Shown here in pieces: positions 30,621-39,170 of a stretch of DNA of 64,000 bases. The stretch is from assembly GCA_963803805.1 (NCBI GenBank), contig CAWDOD010000001.1:95975-159974 (forward strand), in the 5' to 3' direction. A program made the position numbers and the translations under genes. Numbering within the stretch: the stretch's first letter is position 1; each line of letters opens with the position of its first letter. The notes below the pieces were generated by a model. It did no database searches. It was not told the origin of the DNA and was given only the letters and a program-made list of their open reading frames with translations. The stretch is from an uncultured cyanobacterium. GTDB lineage: Bacteria; Cyanobacteriota; Cyanobacteriia; Cyanobacteriales; CAWCAG01.

Positions 30621-31601
30621 ATGGTGGAACGTTTGTTGGGAGAAAACCAAGAGGGGAGTCTCAGGTTAAGGACACCCCTTCCTTTAGCTTGCCACCCAGC
30701 AGAAGTTTATTTAGATAGTTTGGCTCCTGGTTCGAGGACGACCATGAGGCAAGCTCTAAATGCGATCGCGTCCATATTAACCAACGGAGAATGTGATGCC
30801 CTCTCCTTAGATTGGTCGAAATTACGTTATGTCCATACAGCCACAGTTCGGTCTGTACTAGTAAAAAAGAAATTAGCCCCAGCAACCACTAATAAAATGT
30901 TGTGTGCCTTGCGTAGAGTGTTAGGGGAGGCGCAAAAGTTAGACTTAATCTCTAGTAGTGACTATACCAAAGCTATTAGTATTAGTAACGTTAAAGAAGA
31001 CTCCCGGTTGAGGGGACGTTTAATACAGCGTGAAGAAGTAGCCTTACTTTTGGAATTATTAGAAGAAGGGAGAAATAAAAAAGAACCAGGATACGCTCAA
31101 CCCATTGATATTAGGGATATGGCTTTAATTGCCATATTGAGGGGAGGAGGGCTACGGCGTAATGAAGTAGTCAGGTTGGAGTTGAAAGACTTTAACCCCA
31201 GGACAGGAGCAGTGGAAGTGCGCCAGGGTAAGGGGGGTAAAAGTAGAATTGTTTATTTGCCAGAGGTGGCGGTGGAGTTGGTGATTAAATGGTTAGGTAT
31301 TAGAGGGCGTAAGAGTGGGGCTTTGTTATGTCCAGTGGTTAAGGGAGGAAAAATAGTAATTCGCCACATTAGTGCGGATGCGGTGGGTAAGACTTTGCAA
31401 AGATTGGGGAAAAAGGCTGGGTTAGCTTCTTTTTCAGCCCATGATTTTCGGAGGACATTTTGTTCTGAACTGTTGGATTTGGGTGCAGATATAGTGACGG
31501 TGCAGAAGTTAGCAGGTCATGCTTCTCCTGCTACTACAGCGATTTATGACCGTCGGGGGGAAGAGGTGAAGCGTTCTGCTATTCGGAAAATGAAGTTTTA
31601 G
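30621..31601 (+). CDS. Tyrosine recombinase/integrase
   Basis: GLRRNE, KGGK, HDFRRT, LAGH and catalytic Y (AIYD). Confidence 0.93.
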   Translation: MVERLLGENQEGSLRLRTPLPLACHPAEVYLDSLAPGSRTTMRQALNAIASILTNGECDALSLDWSKLRYVHTATVRSVLVKKKLAPATTNKMLCALRRVLGEAQKLDLISSSDYTKAISISNVKEDSRLRGRLIQREEVALLLELLEEGRNKKEPGYAQPIDIRDMALIAILRGGGLRRNEVVRLELKDFNPRTGAVEVRQGKGGKSRIVYLPEVAVELVIKWLGIRGRKSGALLCPVVKGGKIVIRHISADAVGKTLQRLGKKAGLASFSAHDFRRTFCSELLDLGADIVTVQKLAGHASPATTAIYDRRGEEVKRSAIRKMKF

Positions 31602-31696
31602 AGGGTGGGTATCTGCTCGTTAAAATAGAGCCAAGGGTTTTTCCCACCTTACTAGTGGTTTGTCCAGATTGTAACTATCAAGTGTACGACCCTTAA

Positions 31697-31740
31697 CCTT
31701 TACCCCTTAACCGTCAATTGAAAATTGACAGAATACTAGC
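31697..31740. repeat. About 45-bp element with an inverted copy at 50018-50061
   Basis: Shared CCGTCAATTGAAAATTGACA-N3-TACTAGC preceded by CCCCTTA-type heptamers. Confidence 0.75.
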
Positions 31741-32491
31741 CATGTCTGTTGCCAAAGAATTAGCACCTAAGCAAAATAGCCCAGAAGTAGAGGAACAAAC
31801 CTCATCTGGGGAAACTTGGAGGGAACAGCGAGAAGATGTTATCTTTCCTCCTGGTGACTTGTACAGTGATGAACCCCCCTTGGAAACTGAACTGCATCTA
31901 CGGCAAATAATTATCTTGCTGCAAAGCCTCGAATGGTTATGGAAAGATAGAAACGATTTCTATAGTGCTGGTAATCTTACCATTTACTATAGTCCTAACC
32001 AGAAGAAGTCAGAAGACTTTCGCGGCCCAGACTTTTTCGTAGTTTTGGGAGCAGAAAGGAAAACCAGAAAAAGCTGGGTAGTGTGGGAAGAAAATGGTCA
32101 ATATCCCCATGTGATTGTGGAAATTCTTTCTTCTAGTACCGCGAATATAGATAAGGACTTCAAAAAACAACTTTATCAAAACACCTTCCGCACCCCAGAT
32201 TATTTCTGGTTTGACCCCTACAGCTTAGAATTGGCAGGCTTTCATTTAGTAGATGGAGAATATCAGCCTCTAGAAGCTGATAGCCAAGAGCGCCTGTGGA
32301 GTCAGCAGTTAGGTTTGTATTTGGGAATTGACAACGAGCAGTTACGTTTTTTCACCACGGAAGGGAAGTTAGTTCCTACCCCAGAAGAAACCGCAGAAGA
32401 GTTGGCCACTCAAGCAGAGCAATCGGCGGCTCAAGCAGAAAGATTTGCTGCTAAACTGCGGGAGTTGAATATCGATCCTGATGCCATTTAG
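31718..32491 (+). CDS. Uma2 family (DUF820) endonuclease
   Basis: SDEPPLETELH, GPDFFVV, VEILS, YFWFDP; ATG at 31742 is the likelier start. Confidence 0.9.
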   Translation: MKIDRILAMSVAKELAPKQNSPEVEEQTSSGETWREQREDVIFPPGDLYSDEPPLETELHLRQIIILLQSLEWLWKDRNDFYSAGNLTIYYSPNQKKSEDFRGPDFFVVLGAERKTRKSWVVWEENGQYPHVIVEILSSSTANIDKDFKKQLYQNTFRTPDYFWFDPYSLELAGFHLVDGEYQPLEADSQERLWSQQLGLYLGIDNEQLRFFTTEGKLVPTPEETAEELATQAEQSAAQAERFAAKLRELNIDPDAI

Positions 32492-32900
32492 ATTCACAGT
32501 TATTGGTGCTTCGAGGGGTGGGGTGGCAGCTAATCCAAAACTTTCCATGATTTCCCTAGTAGTTAAGTAGCCGTCATCTTCACCAGTAGGGGTAAGGGCG
32601 ATCGCAACCTGTACTAAAAGTTCTCCTCAAGCTCCTACCAACTCCAAAATCAAACCCTTAACCACATCTGGACACCAATCACTACCTAAAATTTCCAACA
32701 ATAAAGGAGAACTTTGGCTCTCAACCTTATAAATCGCCTTCACTAGGAAAAAAAGACGGGCTTCGCCTATTCGGTAGGGACGGTTGAATTAGATAATAGA
32801 CGATGGATAATGGTTTACAGGGATTGATGAGGCTCTAACGGCAGCGATACGTACCTTCTTTTTCACCATACCCCACACCCCACCCCCTAAACCCTGTCTC

Positions 32901-33212
32901 CTTTTGACCTAACTTTTTTTCTGAATAGCCCTTAAGGTGGAAACAAGGCAAAAATTAAGGTTTTGAAATTGTTAAATCCTTTACTATGACTGAATTATAG
33001 CGGTAATTTTGTGCCAAAAATCTAAGGGGGTCAGGGAATGGCTGAAATGCCTATTCTTTCGTTGACCCCCTTAGATTCATATCCCTGTAAGGGTTTTAGA
33101 GGTTGTAATTTGATTTTATTAGAAACTATTGTCAATTATTTAGGGGTAAATTTGACCCCCTTAGATTTGATGGTTTATAATCTTCTCATACCAAGGCTTT
33201 CATAAGCCGAGG
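32901..33212 (+). promoter_or_regulatory. CRISPR leader 1, homologous to 38414-38725
   Basis: Alignable over about 310 bp; last ~75 bp nearly identical. Confidence 0.8.
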
Positions 33213-33394
33213 GGTTCACCAATTACCTAAATTGGTCTTGTTGGAAACCCGCCTAAGCTAGGAGAAAACCCACCAAGGGTTATATCGGGTTCACCAATTA
33301 CCTAAATTGGTCTTGTTGGAAACATGAACTGGAGAGTAGTTGTTGTCTCAGTCATGATGGTTCACCAATTACCTAAATTGGTCTTGTTGGAAAC
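33213..33394 (+). CRISPR. CRISPR array 1: 3 repeats, 2 spacers
   Basis: (G)GTTCACCAATTACCTAAATTGGTCTTGTTGGAAAC; 35-nt core starts at 33214, 33289, 33360. Confidence 0.95.
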
Positions 33395-33416
33395 CTGAAC
33401 AGTTTGCAGAGATAAA

Positions 33417-33444
33417 AAAGGTTAGAGCTTAAGCTCTAACCTTT
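33417..33444. terminator. Perfect 28-bp palindrome downstream of array 1
   Basis: AAAGGTTAGAGCTTAAGCTCTAACCTTT. Confidence 0.65.
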
Positions 33445-33498
33445 AAGTTTTGCTAACACAAGGGCAAAACAAAAAGCTACCAAAATTAGTAAACTTTA

Positions 33499-33534
33499 GT
33501 TTCCAACAATACCGATTAAAGCTAATCGGTGAAG
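33499..33534 (-). repeat. Single inverted CRISPR-repeat variant
   Basis: Minus strand CTTCACCGATTAGCTTTAATCGGTATTGTTGGAAAC; stem preserved by a compensatory change. Confidence 0.8.
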
Positions 33535-33673
33535 CTAGTAATACACCAGACTTGAATTAATCAAAAAAATGTTTTTTCAGTAATTCCTTAATCTAGTGCA
33601 GAACTTACACATAACTGTAGGGGAAATGAACCGAACAAAACAGGTCATTTTGACCTTGATTTTTTCTGTTTAG

Positions 33674-33994
33674 TTATTTACTAACTTTCTCTTTCTCCTG
33701 GCAAAGAATTTCTAAAAGTTCATCAGGAATCTCTTCAAAATGCTCAAGTAGGAAATCCATGAATGCTAAATTCCTCAAATCATGGGGTTGGGGACGACGG
33801 TAATAATGATTCCTTTTGAACCATCTTTGTACAGTAGAGTAGGAACGGGAACAGATTTGAGCCATTTGCTCATAAGTAACTGACCACTTGAGATAAAACC
33901 TTTGGGGAGATAAACCCAACTCGCAATTAGCATAAAGCCTAATTAAATCTAGCTCTCGCTCACCTAAAGAATCTGACATAATATTACTCCACAA
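33674..33994 (-). CDS. Small HTH protein
   Basis: VTYEQMAQICSRSYSTVQRWF. Confidence 0.7.
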   Translation of the reverse strand: MWSNIMSDSLGERELDLIRLYANCELGLSPQRFYLKWSVTYEQMAQICSRSYSTVQRWFKRNHYYRRPQPHDLRNLAFMDFLLEHFEEIPDELLEILCQEKEKVSK

Positions 33995-34301
33995 CTGCTT
34001 CTAAATCTTCTTCCCAAGCAAAATCAAACTGACACCAGGAATAGCTAAAGGAACTGCTATCTAAAACAATTAAATAACACCAACTCCAACTTTTAAGATG
34101 TCGAGAATAAGTGTAAAAAACTCCTGCAATTACTCCCCAATCAAAACAATCATCAAGGGGTAGCCAGCGTACCTTAACCCCATAAACAAACTTGGGTTTC
34201 TTAACTTTTGACCAGTCAATATCTGTCAGTGGTTGCAATTTTGCTAAAGGTAGTAACTGAACCACTGATTGGGTATTTTGTCTCAGCATATCCTCTCCCA
34301 T
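33984..34301 (-). CDS. Hypothetical protein (DUF1392/SH3-like), translationally coupled to cas2
   Basis: PKFVYGVKVRW...WGVIAG...WCYLIVL; start overlaps the cas2 stop. Confidence 0.5.
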   Translation of the reverse strand: MGEDMLRQNTQSVVQLLPLAKLQPLTDIDWSKVKKPKFVYGVKVRWLPLDDCFDWGVIAGVFYTYSRHLKSWSWCYLIVLDSSSFSYSWCQFDFAWEEDLEAVVE

Positions 34302-34579
34302 CAGGCGAAAAAAACTTCATCATCAATGGCATAATCTGGTTTAATTCCTAGTACAGTAACTTTATGGCGACAAGGTTGGGAAAGGGGATAAAATCTCAAC
34401 TGATCCTCCTTGGCATTTAATAACTTACTGAGCCTTGGTAATAGCTTCTTGTACTGGCGTGGATTCAAAACCAGTTCAAACACAGACTTTTGCACTCGCA
34501 AACCGTAAGCTTCCAATAATTTGGATACCCTAGTACGGCGACGGTCATCTACAATGTCATAGCAAACTAAGTAAAACAT
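34301..34579 (-). CDS. cas2: CRISPR-associated Cas2
   Basis: YLVCYDIVDDRRR...RVQKSVFE...DQLRFYPL. Confidence 0.95.
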   Translation of the reverse strand: MFYLVCYDIVDDRRRTRVSKLLEAYGLRVQKSVFELVLNPRQYKKLLPRLSKLLNAKEDQLRFYPLSQPCRHKVTVLGIKPDYAIDDEVFFA

Positions 34580-34583
34580 TAGA

Positions 34584-34616
34584 TAGGTAATAGGTAATAA
34601 GTAATAGGTAATAGGT
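34584..34616. repeat. Heptamer tandem repeat (STRR-like)
   Basis: TAGGTAA x4.7. Confidence 0.7.
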
Positions 34617-34653
34617 GTTACAGCTATTACCTATTTTCTGTCTTGAATTCCTG

Positions 34654-35649
34654 TTAACAATTAGGAAAATTAGTGTGGCATAACATGGGACGATAAAAAT
34701 CTCTGATGCCCACAATGCAAGCTAAATACTCCTTAACCTGTAACTCAATGCAACGGCGATAGGTAACTTTTCCTGCCCGTAAATGCTTCACAGGAGTATC
34801 TAATTTAGCTTCCCAAGCTTTAATGAATTTCCGCAAAGGTAGGGGATAAAGATGGATTTCTCCCTCTTCATCAGGCAAGGTAAAATCAGAGCAATTAATA
34901 ATGCGATCGCTAGTTAATTGAAGAACAAAAGAATCAACAAAAATTGCCCCTAACTCCAGCATTAAATCAGCAACTAAAGGTAAGGTATATTCCACCTCAT
35001 TATGAAAGTTGCTAATATTAGGGTCGAGTCCCACCTGCTCTAAGCAAGTCCTGATTTTGTCCCCTAAAAAGATGTAGCCTAGGTTTAATAAACAAGCTAA
35101 TTGCTGGCTAACTTCATCTTGGTGATAGGTCTTTAACCAGTCTGGAGGCAGCAAACTATCTAAAGCTGTAAAGTAGATTTCATCGGCTTTTTCTTCTAAC
35201 TTAGTAAAGGTATGAAAACCTTTAACCAGAGGCAAATTGTCCTCAATTTTCTTGAGTATGCAAACAGCTTTCTCTACAGATGCTTGATGATTATTTAATT
35301 GCTTAAGTAAATTAGAGCGATTATGACAACTAGCCCTTAAAATACTTTCGGTGGTTTCCCAAGTAAACTCATGGTTTTGGCAATATCGTAACTGCTTTTG
35401 CTGATGCTTGATAGTAGCTTGCCCAGGACTATGATAGGGCTTTTCTTGTTCGAGGAAGAGCAGAGGAATATTGAGAGAGCGTACCAATTTGAGGGCTTCT
35501 TGAGAAATATTAGTATAGCCAAAGAGAACGATTTCTTCGACTTTAGCAATAGCTACTTGGTAAGAAAAGCTGCGATTAGGGAAGACATGAAAGTTGGTTT
35601 TGTCTGCCTTTAATAAAGCTCCTGGTTCAGGAATATAGAGAGTAGTCAT
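34654..35649 (-). CDS. cas1: Degenerate Cas1 paralog
   Basis: MTTLYIPEPG, IVLFG, LLNLGY, NFH, LVADLMLE; aligns with the Cas1 domain of RT-Cas1. Confidence 0.85.
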   Translation of the reverse strand: MTTLYIPEPGALLKADKTNFHVFPNRSFSYQVAIAKVEEIVLFGYTNISQEALKLVRSLNIPLLFLEQEKPYHSPGQATIKHQQKQLRYCQNHEFTWETTESILRASCHNRSNLLKQLNNHQASVEKAVCILKKIEDNLPLVKGFHTFTKLEEKADEIYFTALDSLLPPDWLKTYHQDEVSQQLACLLNLGYIFLGDKIRTCLEQVGLDPNISNFHNEVEYTLPLVADLMLELGAIFVDSFVLQLTSDRIINCSDFTLPDEEGEIHLYPLPLRKFIKAWEAKLDTPVKHLRAGKVTYRRCIELQVKEYLACIVGIRDFYRPMLCHTNFPNC

Positions 35650-35822
35650 GTTCTAAAAAAGATAAACAAGTAATAAGTAAAAGCCTGTATTTGTCCAGAT
35701 AACTTGTTAGTTTTTTCTGAGATTTGACTTTTAACTTGCTTCCATCTTTTCAGTGGCTATATGAGTACTTGTATGAGTAAAAATGGAAAAGTATGAGTTG
35801 ATATATGAGTTTTATATGACTT

Positions 35823-35852
35823 AAAAAAAAGCTAGAGAATTAATCTCTAGCT
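35823..35852 (-). terminator. Intrinsic terminator after the wHTH gene
   Basis: AGCTAGAGA-N5-TCTCTAGCT with a T8 tract on the minus strand. Confidence 0.7.
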
Positions 35853-35858
35853 GGAGGG

Positions 35859-36152
35859 CTATTGTTTTTGGTAATTTAGCCGTTTGAGCATCTTTTTGCC
35901 CTTACTTTTGCTAATTCGGAAGCTGAGTTTACCGTTTTTGCTGCTACGTTGAACAACTCGAATAAAGCCTTCATCTTCCAAACCTAACAAGTGATGACTA
36001 AGCCGAGATATATCACCTCCTCGTAAATGACTTAAAGCGCATAATTGAGCTTTAGTAATCCCAGGTTGAGTTGCGATCGCTAGGAAAAGAATTTTCCTAA
36101 CTCCGGAAAGAGGTTTCCGCAAGGGATGACCTCGGTGCGACAACAATTTCAT
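35859..36152 (-). CDS. Winged-HTH (MarR/ArsR-like) regulator
   Basis: ILFLAIATQPGITKAQL...SRLSHHLLGLEDEGFIRV...FRISKSKG. Confidence 0.7.
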   Translation of the reverse strand: MKLLSHRGHPLRKPLSGVRKILFLAIATQPGITKAQLCALSHLRGGDISRLSHHLLGLEDEGFIRVVQRSSKNGKLSFRISKSKGKKMLKRLNYQKQ

Positions 36153-36332
36153 GGTTGCACCGAGGTATATGAGTATCTGTATGAGAAGATTTGTCTGACT
36201 AAATACATTCCTAGCTCATAGGAAAGTTAAATCGTTTTGGAACAACTCATACAACCCCTCAAGAAAAGTCATACAAGTACTCATATAGCCCCTGAAAACA
36301 TGGAAGAGAAGTAAATTCAAGGGGTAAATAGG

Positions 36333-38309
36333 ATGCAAATTGAACCAATAGAACTGATAACAGCTTGGCAACAAGTGCGTAATCGTAGTCCGGCGGCGGG
36401 GGTAGATGGTATTACCTTAGATTTGTTTGCGGGGGTAGCCAAAGAACAACTAAGAAACTTAAAACGAGAACTGGAACGGGAATACTACCAAGCCAGTCCT
36501 GCTAAAGGTTTTTACTTAAAGAAAAAGAGCGGAGGTCAACGTTTAATTGGTATTCCCACAGTACGCGATCGCGTGGTACAAAGATTGACCCTCCAATCAA
36601 TTTACCCCACCTTAGAAACGGAATTTCCCACCCATAGTTATGGCTACCGTCCAGGGCATTCTGTACAAATGGCCATAGAACATTTCTCGGAATATTACCG
36701 AGAAAGACCCACTTGGGTAATCAAAGCAGATATTGCTCAGTTCTTCGATAGCCTTATTTGGGCCATTTTGCTCGAAAGTCTCGAAGATATTGCTATAGAG
36801 CAGTTTTGGGAACAGCTTATTGCCGGGCAATTGCAGGCGGGAATAAGGTTGCAAGGGCAGTGGTTTAACCCTGGTAAAGGAGTATTACAAGGAGGCATTT
36901 TATCAGGTGCTTTAGCAAACCTTTACCTCAGTGAGTTTGACCGTTACTGTGCTGATTTTGGTATCCAAATTGTGCGCTATGGGGATGATTTTGTCATTGC
37001 CACTGGAGGTTTATTAGAAGCTACAAGGGTTTTAGCCCAAGTGAGTCAGTGGTTGGAGGATATTTACCTAACCCTACAACCAGAGAAAACCCAGATTTTT
37101 GCCCCTAGTGAGGAGTTTGTTTTCCTGGGCTATAGGTTTCAGGGGGGAGAAATTATTCCCCCTCCCTCTAAAAGTCGTAGCACCTCAGCTAAACCCAAAC
37201 AAAGACCAGCACCAGAATCCAGACCCCCCAAAGCCTGTAGCATCCTCAAACCTTCTTCCTACCACCATCAAGTCAACCAAGATTTTTACTGGAGTGATTC
37301 TATGACTACTCTTTATGTGACTGAACAGGGAGCCTATCTCAAGGTACGACACCAACAGTTTCAGGTTTTCCACCACCAGGAATTACGCATTACTGTTCCC
37401 GTGAATCGGGTGAGCCATATTGTTCTCTTTGGCTGTTGTAATCTTTCCCACGGGGCAGTGCAACTGGCCCTGAAACGACGTATTCCGGTGATGTATCTTT
37501 CCCACCAAGGACGTTACTTCGGCCGTTTACAAACCGATGGCATGGCAGAAATTGATTACCTCCTATTGCAAATGCAGCGTCATCAAGAACCAGCTTTTCA
37601 ACGTCGGCAGGCAGAAGTTATAGTTATGGCTAAACTGCACAATTCCCGTAAGCTGTTACTACGGATGAATCGGGGCAAAAAGATTACTAAGGTGAATAAA
37701 GCCGTTAATAAAATTGCCCAGATTATTGATAAGCTACCCTCCGCTAAATCTGTTGAGAGTTTGTTAGGTTATGAAGGGCAAAGCGCCCATTTATACTACC
37801 AAGCTTTAGGAATGCTTTTTAATGGTAAGTTTGCCTTCGAGAAGCGTACCCGCCGTCCTCCCACCGACCCCATTAATAGTCTGCTCAGTTTGGGTTATAC
37901 TCTGTTGCACCAAAATGTTTTTTCTTTGGTACAGGCAGTAGGTTTACATACCCATTTTGGTAATCTCCATACCCCCCGTCGTAATCATCCGGCTTTAGTT
38001 TCTGATTTAATCGAGGAGTTTCGCGCCCCAGTGGTGGATTCTTTCATTGCTTACTTGGTTAATTCCAAGATTTTCAAGCAAGGGGATTTTACTCCAGCAG
38101 ACGGAAGGGGTGGGGTTTATCTTCATCCTGGTTCTTTGCGGAAGTATCTTAAGCATTGGCAAGAGAAGTTACAGACTCAGGTTACTCACCCCCATACAGG
38201 TTATAAGGTGAGTTATTACCGTTGTTTGGAGTTACAGGTTTGGGAGTATATTGCTTGTTTGAAGGGAGAGCAGGAGGTTTATCGGCCGATGATGTGGAAG
38301 ATCAAATAG
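36333..38309 (+). CDS. cas1: Reverse transcriptase-Cas1 fusion
   Basis: RT motifs AGVDG, GIPTVRDR, ADIAQFFD, QGG, RYGDD; Cas1 motifs GYEG, RRPPTDPIN, GNLH, SDLIEEFR. Confidence 0.95.
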   Translation: MQIEPIELITAWQQVRNRSPAAGVDGITLDLFAGVAKEQLRNLKRELEREYYQASPAKGFYLKKKSGGQRLIGIPTVRDRVVQRLTLQSIYPTLETEFPTHSYGYRPGHSVQMAIEHFSEYYRERPTWVIKADIAQFFDSLIWAILLESLEDIAIEQFWEQLIAGQLQAGIRLQGQWFNPGKGVLQGGILSGALANLYLSEFDRYCADFGIQIVRYGDDFVIATGGLLEATRVLAQVSQWLEDIYLTLQPEKTQIFAPSEEFVFLGYRFQGGEIIPPPSKSRSTSAKPKQRPAPESRPPKACSILKPSSYHHQVNQDFYWSDSMTTLYVTEQGAYLKVRHQQFQVFHHQELRITVPVNRVSHIVLFGCCNLSHGAVQLALKRRIPVMYLSHQGRYFGRLQTDGMAEIDYLLLQMQRHQEPAFQRRQAEVIVMAKLHNSRKLLLRMNRGKKITKVNKAVNKIAQIIDKLPSAKSVESLLGYEGQSAHLYYQALGMLFNGKFAFEKRTRRPPTDPINSLLSLGYTLLHQNVFSLVQAVGLHTHFGNLHTPRRNHPALVSDLIEEFRAPVVDSFIAYLVNSKIFKQGDFTPADGRGGVYLHPGSLRKYLKHWQEKLQTQVTHPHTGYKVSYYRCLELQVWEYIACLKGEQEVYRPMMWKIK

Positions 38310-38413
38310 GAATGAGGAATGCGCCAAGCTTTTTAAGCTTTGAGCAGTTGGCTTTTGAGTAACTTTTCCTTACACCTTTTTCAGCACAAAGCTGTTGTAA
38401 AAAGTCAAGTTCG

Positions 38414-38725
38414 TTTTGACCTAACTTTTTTCCTGAATAGTTCCTAAACTGGAAACAAGGCAAAAATCACGGTTTTATAATTGCCAAATCACTTGCTCTG
38501 CATAACTTTTAGCTTGAAAAATCTTCTTGAGATCCGTAGGGGTCACCGAATGGCTGAAACCCTTATTCTTTCGTAGACCCCTGCGGATCTACTTCTGTGT
38601 AAGGGGTCTAGAGCTTATGAACAAGTGTTTATTAGTAAGAATTCTCAACTATTTGGGGGTAAATTTGACCCCCTCGGATTTGATGGTTTATAATCTCCTT
38701 ATACCAAGGCTTTCATAAGCCAAGG
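38414..38725 (+). promoter_or_regulatory. CRISPR leader 2
   Basis: Homologous to leader 1. Confidence 0.8.
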
Positions 38726-39170
38726 GGTTCACCAATTACCTAAATTGGTCTTGTTGGAAACACCTAAACCCCCCATTACTTTGTCAACATTGTTCAAGGT
38801 TCACCAATTACCTAAATTGGTCTTGTTGGAAACCAATATCATCTGACTTTTCATCCATAAACTTACTTGCTGGTTCACCAATTACCTAAATTGGTCTTGT
38901 TGGAAACAGTAAGCATGGAGTGGCGTCAATGCCTACGCAAACCCGGTTCACCAATTACCTAAATTGGTCTTGTTGGAAACCTTCACTAGGGGTTTTTCCA
39001 GTGCCTTCAAATGGGTTCACCAATTACCTAAATTGGTCTTGTTGGAAACCGGTGTAGTCGAAAAGAGAGAGACTAATCATCATAAGAAGTTCACCAATTA
39101 CCTAAATTGGTCTTGTTGGAAACCACTTTAAAAACAAGGCGGTCAAAAAGCCCAAAAAGGGTTCACCAAT
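38726..39170 (+). CRISPR. CRISPR array 2: 6 full repeats, 6 spacers, 7th repeat cut by ISAs1
   Basis: Cores at 38727, 38799, 38873, 38946, 39015, 39089; partial GTTCACCAAT at 39161. Confidence 0.96.

Larger units (their letters stand above)
35739..36306. promoter_or_regulatory. 38-bp inverted repeat and iterated TATGAG boxes around the wHTH gene
   Basis: 35739-35776 vs 36269-36306, 2 mismatches; TATGAG/CTCATA boxes often 12 bp apart. Confidence 0.75.

Noticed and set aside
32500-32870. Possible decayed gene between Uma2 and leader 1
   Set aside because: The minus-strand frame has stops and no recognisable motif
36333-37300. Group II intron
   Set aside because: The RT is fused to Cas1, and no maturase domain or intron domain V was seen
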